NCBI GenBank assembly: GCA_002898395.1
Contig: BEHE01000029.1
Location: 1 to 12,023 of the forward strand
Source of the DNA: Candidatus Calditenuaceae archaeon HR02
GTDB lineage: Archaea > Thermoproteota > Nitrososphaeria_A > Caldarchaeales > Calditenuaceae
Reading direction: 5' to 3'
DNA length: 12,023 nucleotides
The position numbers and the translations under genes are program-made. Of this stretch, positions 1-6,243 are shown in pieces (the stretch's first letter is position 1; each line of letters begins with the position of its first letter). The notes beneath the pieces were generated by a model that saw only the letters and a program-made list of their open reading frames with translations, was not told the DNA's origin and did not search any database.

Positions 1-336
1 CTAATAGTCAACGATGTCGAGCCGACGTATGCCAAGATTGTTGAAGAGCTCTTGGGAGAGATGATTGCCGTAACTAATATTAGCACACTACTAGACGCCT
101 ACAGCATGAATGAGGCATGTCTATACGGGGCTATAAGGCCTAGGGGACGACTCAACGGTGATAGGCGGAGGGTCATAATAACATCACCACCATACGGCCT
201 GCTGGTGAACAGCGAGTTCAGGCCAAGGCTTGAGAAACTAGTCATTACTAGTGGTGGGAATCTTGCACTGATGATTGGGAGACACCTAAGGGCAGCATGG
301 CTAGGAATACTGGCAAGCATAGAGACATCTGCGTGA
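1..336 (+). CDS. C-terminal part of a putative SAM-dependent amino-methyltransferase (N4-C/N6-A DNA MTase or Trm11/Trm14-like); 5'-truncated by the window, possibly a pseudogene
   Basis: Frame 1 is open from base 1: LIVNDVEPTYAKIVEELL...LLDAYSM...RVIITSPPYG. 'IVNDVE' resembles the acidic end of beta-2 in the SAM site. 'IITSPPYG' matches amino-MTase motif IV (N/D/S-P-P-Y). The stop comes soon after the motif. Confidence 0.5.
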   Translation, partial: LIVNDVEPTYAKIVEELLGEMIAVTNISTLLDAYSMNEACLYGAIRPRGRLNGDRRRVIITSPPYGLLVNSEFRPRLEKLVITSGGNLALMIGRHLRAAWLGILASIETSA

Positions 337-556
337 TCTTGGAGCCTGAAAGTAGCAGCCATGCTGACTGCCGCCGTCGTAGCGAAGTACCTGCTGTTGG
401 CATTGATTCTCCAGACGGTGATGTGAGAGGTGTTTCCGGTGGGCCACCTGACGGAGCAGTGGTGGATACTCAACGATAGGAGGAAGCAGGTGAATATATC
501 CAGAGACGGGATGGAGAATGCTGGAAGCACTGCTTACAGTAATACCGGTGAAGGTG

Positions 557-1402
557 ATGAAGTGGGGGATGAAGCTTAGAGACCTTGAGCTGAGGATGAT
601 ACTATACGAGGAAGTTAGGAGACTACGAGCCGAGGGGAAGACTTACAGCCAGATACAGAGAATTATCTACGAGAGACACGGAGAATGGCTTTCAAAATCT
701 ATTATAAGCTATTGGTGTCGTAGATGCCATACGCCTGATAAGAAAGGCCTAGGGAGACCTAGAGAAGACCAGAGACTAAACAGAATAACCATATGCTCAG
801 AGCTGGCGTACGTCATAGGCGCCAAGCTTGGCGACGGCTACGAGAAGCTCGAAGGCGAGTATAGATACACAATAGTCCTTGCGGTTAAGGACTACGACTT
901 CGCCGAGGAGTTCGGAAGATGCGCAGCAATAACTTTTGGTAGAGATAGACCATACAAGCCACGCTGGGATAAATATCTCAAAAGATGGGTAGTGAAGGTT
1001 AGGAGTAAAGCATTGTATGAAATTCTAAGGAAGCCCATAGACATGGAGAGGATTAGACCATATATTGAACACTACGAGAAGAGCGTAGTGATGTTCATAA
1101 GAGGCTTAGCTGACGCCGAGAGTGACGTAGGAAAAGATGGACGAATAAGGATATATAATACTAATAAGCTTATTCTCGAATATGCAGCCGAATTATTAGC
1201 AAAGCCGGGAATACATTCAAAAATTTACAACAGAAAAATGAATACAGGGGTCATCATTAAGGAGCGCTATTACTTGAGGAGAAAGTCGATTTGCTATGTT
1301 TTGCAAATCCATCAAAAAATCAGTATAATGAGGTTCAAAGACCTCATAGGATCGTCTATCAAAAGGAAGCAGATTAGATTAGGAAAACTAAATGACGCCT
1401 AG
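557..1402 (+). CDS. Free-standing double-motif LAGLIDADG homing-endonuclease-like protein with an N-terminal helix-turn-helix
   Basis: Motif 1 is ELAYVIGAKLGDG (~799-837) and motif 2 is MFIRGLADAES (~1091-1123). The N-terminus is HTH-like (LRAEGKTYSQIQRIIYERHGEWLSKSIISYW). There are no intein splice residues and no flanking host gene. The start is probably ATG557 or ATG569, each preceded by GGTGA; the ORF track begins at 518. Confidence 0.88.
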   Translation: MKWGMKLRDLELRMILYEEVRRLRAEGKTYSQIQRIIYERHGEWLSKSIISYWCRRCHTPDKKGLGRPREDQRLNRITICSELAYVIGAKLGDGYEKLEGEYRYTIVLAVKDYDFAEEFGRCAAITFGRDRPYKPRWDKYLKRWVVKVRSKALYEILRKPIDMERIRPYIEHYEKSVVMFIRGLADAESDVGKDGRIRIYNTNKLILEYAAELLAKPGIHSKIYNRKMNTGVIIKERYYLRRKSICYVLQIHQKISIMRFKDLIGSSIKRKQIRLGKLNDA

Positions 1403-1411
1403 CCAACCCTA

Positions 1412-1430
1412 CCCCTATTTTTCCTTCTTT
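1412..1430 (+). terminator. Putative archaeal pyrimidine/T-rich terminator of the LAGLIDADG gene
   Basis: CCCCTATTTTTCCTTCTTT lies about 10 nt after the TAG stop. Confidence 0.4.
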
Positions 1431-1460
1431 AAGATGACACTAGCTTGTTAATGTTATCTT

Positions 1461-1480
1461 AATGTGGGCCGGGGGGATTT
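1461..1480 (-). repeat. Stray tRNA 3'-end fragment (end of T-loop, T-stem, acceptor 3' strand) downstream of tRNA-Ala
   Basis: Plus-strand AATGTGGGCCGGGGGGATTT vs AATTGGGGCCGGTGGGATTT at 6109-6128 (tRNA-Pro 3' end and trailer): 17/20 identical with no gaps. Confidence 0.65.
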
Positions 1481-1491
1481 TGTATCCCCAT

Positions 1492-1591
1492 TGGACCGGG
1501 CGGGATTCGAACCTTATCGGCCAGCCCCTGTGGAACTGGCTCGCGACCTCCCGCACGCCAAGCGGGCGATCTTCCGCTGATCTACCGGCCC
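1492..1591 (-). tRNA. tRNA-Ala(GGC) with a 28-nt intron at non-canonical position 51/52 (intron 1514..1541)
   Basis: Acceptor GGGCCGG/CCGGTCC-A with the G3:U70 Ala identity pair; D-stem GATC/GATC; anticodon arm CCCGC-TTGGCGT-GCGGG. The T-arm GCGGG-TTCGAAT-CCCGC is restored only by removing AGCCAGTTCCACAGGGGCTGGCCGATAA. CCA is not encoded. Confidence 0.95.
1514..1541 (-). other. Archaeal BHB-type tRNA intron in the T-stem
   Basis: Central 4-bp helix GUCG/CGAU, 3-nt bulges CG|A and AA|G, inner helix GCCAG/CUGGC. Cutting after the second nucleotide of each bulge gives exactly the canonical T-stem. Confidence 0.9.
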
Positions 1592-1614
1592 GTATTTTGT
1601 TTTTGTTTTGGTGG

Positions 1615-1622
1615 AATTTAAG
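1615..1622 (-). promoter_or_regulatory. Putative TATA box for tRNA-Ala, overlapping the aldolase stop codon
   Basis: Minus-strand CTTAAATT lies about 24-31 nt upstream of the mature tRNA 5' end. Confidence 0.45.
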
Positions 1623-2415
1623 CCTGTCTAGATTTTCTGGCATCTATCTCTTTTCTTGTGTTTTTTGCGATCTCTGAGGCGGCTCTGTATAGTATTGCTA
1701 CATCTACTGAGTAGGCTAGATATTGTATGCCCTTAGCGGCCCATTCCGCGGCTGCTTGTCCTGTCTCGACGAATGTGCCGGTCGCAACCCCCCTCTTCGT
1801 GGCCTCCGCCACCGCCTTCTCGATGAGGCCGGTGACTTCTGGGCTTCTCACCTGTCCTGGTATGCCGAGGGACTGGGATAGATCGTAGGGGCCTAGGAAG
1901 ACCACATCCACCCCGCCCCTCTCCAGTATCTCTGGGAGCCTATTGACGCCTTCAGCGCTTTCTATGTGTATGATGACTGCCACTTCCCTGTTTGAGATCT
2001 GGACATGCTCTTTCGGCTCTCTGGCCCCGTATCTCCCAGCCCTGGTGTATGGTGAGAACCCCCTCATACCCTCTGGATAGTAGTGAGCGGCCTCGACAAC
2101 TCTCCTCGCTGTCTCTGGGTCATCGACATGAGGAACTTGGATACCGTGAGCCCCGCACTCCAGGGCCCTCAGAATATAGGCCTCTTCACTCGAGGGCGTC
2201 CGAATGATGGGTGTGGTTCCAACAACCTCGGCTGCTCGGACAAACTCCTCGGCATCAGCGAAGCTGAATGGGCCGTGCTCCATGTCGATGATGACGAAAT
2301 CCATCCCAGCCTCTCCGAGAATCTCCACAACATCCGCCGAGTTGAGGTAGACGAAAGTTCCTAACAGGGTCTCACCGGCCCTGAGGCGCTCCAAGAATCC
2401 CATATTCGAGCCCAT
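1618..2415 (-). CDS. HpcH/HpaI family class II pyruvate aldolase (GarL/RhmA-like)
   Basis: Family motifs GMDFVIIDMEHG, RALECGAHGIQVPHV, YYPEGMRG, HIES and DVVFLGPYDLSQSLG. The start is likely ATG2415 or ATG2403, downstream of a TTAAAT box at ~2452-2457, rather than 2463. Confidence 0.9.
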   Translation of the reverse strand: MGSNMGFLERLRAGETLLGTFVYLNSADVVEILGEAGMDFVIIDMEHGPFSFADAEEFVRAAEVVGTTPIIRTPSSEEAYILRALECGAHGIQVPHVDDPETARRVVEAAHYYPEGMRGFSPYTRAGRYGAREPKEHVQISNREVAVIIHIESAEGVNRLPEILERGGVDVVFLGPYDLSQSLGIPGQVRSPEVTGLIEKAVAEATKRGVATGTFVETGQAAAEWAAKGIQYLAYSVDVAILYRAASEIAKNTRKEIDARKSRQA

Positions 2416-2662
2416 CCCAAAGCCACAAAACTCAACATACAGAGGACTACAATTTAACCGCACCTCCTAGTGAGGCTGGAAAGAAGAGCTGTGGCGCTTC
2501 GCAAACCCAGGGGAGCCTTTCTCCTCCTCGAGGGGCGTTTATTTAGGGCCTCTATCCTTTATCCTCCAGTGTTTAACGGCTTTTTCCATACCTATAGAGC
2601 AGTTGCGGCCGCTGATACTATGATCATACGCATGCTTCTGAATTTTGCCGCTGGTTTTACCT

Positions 2663-3127
2663 TCATCTCCAGACTTCTCTGACGGTCTTGTCTATCCTGA
2701 ACTTAACCAATGTGTAGCCTCCGGGCTTCACTACCGCAACATCTCTGTCAAAAGATACTGAGAGCGGACCCTCCACGTGAGCAGAGAGCCTCGTGCTGGA
2801 GAGTAGTCTGCCGCCGGTGTCCGTGGAGTTTAGAGATATTTCGTAGCCACCTGTTCTCGGTAGGAATAGCCTTAACTGGGCTTTGAAAGGTGGCTTACCC
2901 GTTTCTGGGACCACCTCTACTTCTCCTCCTACGGGTCCTGAAATCGAGGCCTCAATCTTTACCTCATCCACTCCTCTCCCGACGACGCTGATAGGGATGG
3001 TATATGTTCCTGCATGGTCAACACGGATATTCGCTGACGGTATGAGTATCTCAGCCTCCTTTCCCTCCCCGATGACTGGTGCATGGACAAGAAGGTCTAT
3101 GTAGCCGCTCCCTAAGATAGGTGAAGG
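2663..3127 (-). pseudogene. Frameshift-separated 3' segment of the upstream surface protein (beta-rich, Ig-like repeat)
   Basis: This frame is open from 3127 (…LGSGYIDLLVHAPVIGEGKEAEILIPSANIRVDHAGTYTIPISVVGRGVDEVKIEAS…VVPETGKPPFKAQLRL…). 'PETGKPPFKAQLRL' echoes 'NPSGIPPFRTTLAI' in the upstream ORF. There is no convincing start of its own. Confidence 0.6.
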
Positions 3128-3198
3128 TCATCGTGCCTGGGAGGTTTAGAGTCTCTGGGAGATGGGGATTGAGCATCAAAAACCCCGCCGTAGCTAGT

Positions 3199-4119
3199 TC
3201 ACTGAGCGGCATTCCCGGTAGGATGAATCCAACCCCCCATCAGCCCCATACCCATCATCAAACCAAGCATTACCCTGATAGGCGCGGTGAAAACATAGAG
3301 GAGCCCGGCAAGCCAGCTACCTGAGGTCTCCACCTCCTCGTTCCCGAAAAGGAACGTTAGTGTGCCGCCGCGTGGATTGCCTCCCAAGACGAGAACTCCC
3401 TGCATATTCTTGTCAACATAAACCCTTTCAATTGTTATTGCTAGGGTGGTTCTAAATGGTGGGATGCCTGAGGGGTTTGAGAGGGAGTATTTGATGGGAC
3501 CTTCAGCCCTTAGTGAGAGGGAGACCTCTTCGCTGAACCCACCAATCGGGACAACCTCTAGCTCCATATTGTAATTGTTGCCTGTCTCGAAAACCTCTGG
3601 AAGCTTGTTTAGAATCCTTATTGCATAGGATGGTCTCTCCAACACGGAGATAGTAAGGCTGACGGCGTCAGTGTAACCGTCTCCAGATATTCCATAGACG
3701 TAAAGCCTGTAGAGGCCGGGCTGGCTTTCCACTCCTGCTCTAACCCTTACGACGACATCAGATGGAGGTACAACCTCTGCCTTAGAGAGCGATACCTCAA
3801 GCCCCTCTCCTTCAACGACATAACCCAGCGAAACACCTCCCTTTTGTTCTCCTTCAACTAGTATCCTTAGTTCTGCCTCCTCTCCCTTAGCTATGACGGG
3901 AAAGTCATCAGAGGTGGACAGCGAGAACGGACGTGCTGCTGCTAAGACCATCTCGTGAATGGTCTCGGTTAGAATCTCCGTCATATGACCATCCGCGGTC
4001 TTCTGTATCGATGTAGTTGCCTCCCTGCTTCCCCTCTCAGAGGTGATAACTCCTAGAATCAACAGGCCGGCCACCACCAGTAATACCAGCAGGGCGGCTA
4101 CCTTGAGGAGCCTAGGCAT
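3199..4119 (-). CDS. Membrane-anchored/secreted surface protein with Ig-like beta-sandwich repeats; probably truncated by a frameshift
   Basis: N-terminal basic residues followed by a hydrophobic helix (MPRLLKVAALLVLLVVAGLLILGVI). Beta-rich repeats (VVVRVRAGVESQPGLYRLYVYG; GGFSEEVSLSL). A TATA-like AT tract lies ~25 nt upstream (4141-4157). Confidence 0.7.
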   Translation of the reverse strand: MPRLLKVAALLVLLVVAGLLILGVITSERGSREATTSIQKTADGHMTEILTETIHEMVLAAARPFSLSTSDDFPVIAKGEEAELRILVEGEQKGGVSLGYVVEGEGLEVSLSKAEVVPPSDVVVRVRAGVESQPGLYRLYVYGISGDGYTDAVSLTISVLERPSYAIRILNKLPEVFETGNNYNMELEVVPIGGFSEEVSLSLRAEGPIKYSLSNPSGIPPFRTTLAITIERVYVDKNMQGVLVLGGNPRGGTLTFLFGNEEVETSGSWLAGLLYVFTAPIRVMLGLMMGMGLMGGWIHPTGNAAQ

Positions 4120-4176
4120 GATGTCCTATTCATTGGGAGGTTTATTTTATATTTTAACGACTTTTTAGCTTAGTTT

Positions 4177-4700
4177 TCATGAATCCCGGCTGGCTATGGT
4201 CGGCTTAGACGGGATTGTTTTCAGGCTTTCCATAATCTGGTACAGAAGGACTCCATATTTCAGGCAGTATCATTGTTCAGTGGAATTCGGGGCTTGGCAG
4301 TTATGGCAGAAAATTTTTCAGATGTCTATGGACGGTTGTACCGAGCATTGCACCAAGCTCCAGAAACTACTCCTTTTCATTAAAACATGGGCGCTGAATA
4401 TCATTCTTGCCGTGATAAAAGTTGTAAAGCTGTATCCCTAAGCGGCCTGTTCATTGACTAAGTCGATATTGAGGTTTTGGGTCATGAGCTTGACTTCTTC
4501 GCAACAGCCTTTTTTTGAATGGGCTGGAAGGATGAGAGTAAACGACCACTCGTTAGAATTTTAACACATCCCCCCACAGCATGACGTCATCTACATCCAA
4601 GCCTGCCCATGCGTAAAATCATATGAGGCAAACATTCAGCCACGCGGAAACTTAAGTGGCTTTAGACGAGATGAGACCGTTTGCCTGATGATTGAGGGAA
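4177..4700 (-). pseudogene. Heavily decayed tyrosine recombinase/integrase with a C-terminal Zn-ribbon
   Basis: Minus-strand fragments appear in the expected order: SFRVAECL (~4628-4652, box I-like GxRxxE), GLDVDDVMLWGDVLKF (~4559-4603), then one frame with internal stops: YSFTTFITARMIFSAHVLMK…LVQCSVQPSIDI*KIFCHNCQAPNSTEQ*YCLKYGVLL. This resembles RHSxAT…GWxxGSxMPxxY followed by CxxC…N…CxxCGxxL of archaeal XerC/D-like integrases. Confidence 0.5.
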
Positions 4701-4755
4701 CGGGCCAGTTTTGGGCTGTATGATGTAGATCATTCATCCATGTAGGCATTCCCGG

Positions 4756-4763
4756 TTAAATAT
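4756..4763 (+). promoter_or_regulatory. Putative TATA box of tRNA-Arg
   Basis: TTAAATAT lies about 21-28 nt upstream of the tRNA 5' end. Confidence 0.5.
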
Positions 4764-4783
4764 TAGGTTAAGATTCTTAAAAT

Positions 4784-4858
4784 GGGCCCGTAGCTCAGCA
4801 TGGATAGAGCGCTGGCCTTCGGAGCCAGAGGCCGAGGGTTCGAGTCCCTCCGGGCCCG
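4784..4858 (+). tRNA. tRNA-Arg(TCG), intronless
   Basis: GGGCCCG/CGGGCCC-G acceptor, GCTC/GAGC D-stem, CTGGC-CTTCGGA-GCCAG anticodon arm (TCG at 4819-4821), GAGGG-TTCGAGT-CCCTC T-arm. Confidence 0.97.
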
Positions 4859-4884
4859 ATTTTAGATGATGAGTGTCGCAGAAG

Positions 4885-4890
4885 TTTTTT
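4885..4890 (+). terminator. T6 tract, putative tRNA-Arg terminator
   Basis: TTTTTT lies 27 nt downstream of the tRNA. Confidence 0.4.
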
Positions 4891-4984
4891 GGAATTCGCC
4901 GCGAGTCGTACTTGGTGTATCGTATATTCGGTATAAAGAGGGTTACTGTTTAGACAGTCACTAGACGTATGTCTGGATCTGGTG

Positions 4985-5635
4985 TTATGGAGGGGCCAAA
5001 GAAGGGCAAGTATTCCGTCTTTTTCGGGGACCTGCGGCGAGGAGAAACGGTATGATTGGGTAGACTAGTCTAGTGATTGCGTTGAGCAGGTAGGCTATCG
5101 GGTCTCCTGATTCAGGCAGCTTGTACCCGGTAGCCACCCATATCGCGAAGAAGGTCAGCGCAGCAATCACTGCAGCCACAACACGGAGAGTATTCCGCCC
5201 CCTCACCCAAGGAGCCAGTACACTTAGGTATCCGATTTTAACGGCCAGCCAACCGGCGTTCGGGGCTATGTGTTCTTCAAATGCTCTCCAACCAAGGAAT
5301 AGGCTCCCAACTCCTGTGAAGGTTAGCTCGTAAAGCTCGAAGATAGCGAGTGTTGAGGCCCTAGCCACTAGGAAGGCTATGAGGAGACCCGCCAGACCAC
5401 CACTCAACCTCCAAATGGTTACACCTGTGAGAATCACCCCCAGCACGGCTGAGGCAACTGTGAACGGGTAAATCTTCTGCCCTTCACCCTCGAATACTAG
5501 ATTACCAGCCGCATCGCGTGATGGATTCATGATACCTGCTAAAAAAGTTGCTTCATACCAATTGAAGACCACTAACGAGCTTAGGAGATATGCCCAGTAA
5601 GCGACCCACACGCCTCTAATCTGATGCAGCCTCAT
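4985..5635 (-). CDS. Hypothetical polytopic membrane protein (216 aa, about 6 TM segments)
   Basis: Uninterrupted ORF with several hydrophobic helices and a basic C-terminal tail. A TATA-like CTTATAAA lies ~26-33 nt upstream (5661-5668). No family recognised. Confidence 0.7.
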   Translation of the reverse strand: MRLHQIRGVWVAYWAYLLSSLVVFNWYEATFLAGIMNPSRDAAGNLVFEGEGQKIYPFTVASAVLGVILTGVTIWRLSGGLAGLLIAFLVARASTLAIFELYELTFTGVGSLFLGWRAFEEHIAPNAGWLAVKIGYLSVLAPWVRGRNTLRVVAAVIAALTFFAIWVATGYKLPESGDPIAYLLNAITRLVYPIIPFLLAAGPRKRRNTCPSLAPP

Positions 5636-5727
5636 CCTCTTGATGACGTCATTGCAGGCCTTTATAAGCAGAGGTCAGCCATCTAAGCCGCCAAACGGTA
5701 CATAAGAGTCCCAGAAGGGGGTGGTGG

Positions 5728-5898
5728 ATGGTGTTTGACATACTCACGTATCCGCTTAGGCTGGGAATGTATCGGAGGGTGCTGGAGTTCAGGAGAGGGG
5801 GGCTCTCATACAGGCGGATATGGATAGAGTCTAAGAAGGACGCATATGTGATCTATGTACATCCTGCGGACTATAAGAAGTCCTTGGAGAAGGCTTGA
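5728..5898 (+). pseudogene. Internally deleted HTH-LAGLIDADG homolog (56 aa; N- and C-terminal ends fused)
   Basis: MVFDILTYPLRLGMYRRVLEFRRGGLSYRRI aligns with LELRMILYEEVRRLRAEGKTYSQI of the 557..1402 protein. It runs directly into WIESKKDAYVIYVHPADYKKSLEKA, which resembles that protein's C-terminal YYLRRKSICYVLQIHQKISIMRFKD. G-rich RBS upstream (GGGGGTGGTGG). It is too short to appear in the ORF track. Confidence 0.7.
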
Positions 5899-5925
5899 AA
5901 TCTATACTGGGGGGATACCTCATCA

Positions 5926-6110
5926 AACTCTCAACAAAGATGATACAGTATTGCATGGATGAGATAAGAGAGGTAAAGGATTGGTGGGAGATTTGTGAGA
6001 TTTTGAAGAAAAGTATCGGCAGTAATATGATGAAGCACAGACGAAAACCCACCCCCGCCTCCCTTTAACCCCTCATACCTACCACATTGAAAAATCCATA
6101 ATTATTAAAA
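5926..6110 (+). repeat. Dispersed ~175-bp repeat, copy 1 (abuts the tRNA-Pro 3' end)
   Basis: Aligns with 11298-11465 plus 11761-11770. I count 17 mismatches in the 111-nt core (5940-6050 vs 11312-11422). The distal CCCCTCATACCTACCACATTGAAAAATCCATA is identical in both copies. Confidence 0.92.
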
Positions 6111-6111
6111 T

Positions 6112-6187
6112 TGGGGCCGGTGGGATTTGAACCCACGACCTCCTGGGCCCAAGCCAGGCATCTTAGACCATGCTCGACCACGGCCCC
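6112..6187 (-). tRNA. tRNA-Pro(TGG), intronless
   Basis: GGGGCCG/CGGCCCC-A acceptor, CCTGG-CTTGGGC-CCAGG anticodon arm, GTGGG-TTCAAAT-CCCAC T-arm. An AT-rich TATA-like box lies at ~6214-6224. Confidence 0.96.
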
Positions 6188-6243
6188 CAAGCGTTGTAGT
6201 GGGTTCTTCGCGGATAAATATTATGTGGTGTTTTAGGGTCTAG

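Larger units (their letters stand above)
547..1490 (+). mobile_element. Putative tRNA-3'-associated HTH-LAGLIDADG element (boundaries approximate)
   Basis: Endonuclease gene, then a pyrimidine tract (1412-1430), an AT-rich spacer and an antisense tRNA 3'-end fragment (1461-1480), abutting the 3' end of tRNA-Ala. A decayed homolog shows the same layout at tRNA-Pro. Confidence 0.45.

Noticed and set aside
99-530. 143-aa minus-strand ORF and the 297..479 ORF
   Set aside because: They are antisense or overlapping to the MTase-motif frame and have no recognisable motifs.
518-1402. Intein or intron-encoded status of the LAGLIDADG ORF
   Set aside because: There is no N-terminal Cys/Ser splice block, no C-terminal HN-C/S/T, no extein and no flanking rRNA exons.
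1440-1677. ORFs 1440..1643 (-) and 1462..1677 (+)
   Set aside because: They overlap the tRNA-Ala gene and are spurious.
4196-4441. 81-aa plus-strand ORF
   Set aside because: It is the antisense shadow of the integrase/Zn-ribbon remnant.
4865-4930. Possible C/D-box sRNA (GATGATGA after tRNA-Arg; TGATGA also at ~4686 and ~5641)
   Set aside because: No CTGA D or D' boxes at suitable spacing.
5831-6052. 73-aa minus-strand ORF
   Set aside because: It spans two unrelated plus-strand remnants, and the homology signals are on the plus strand.
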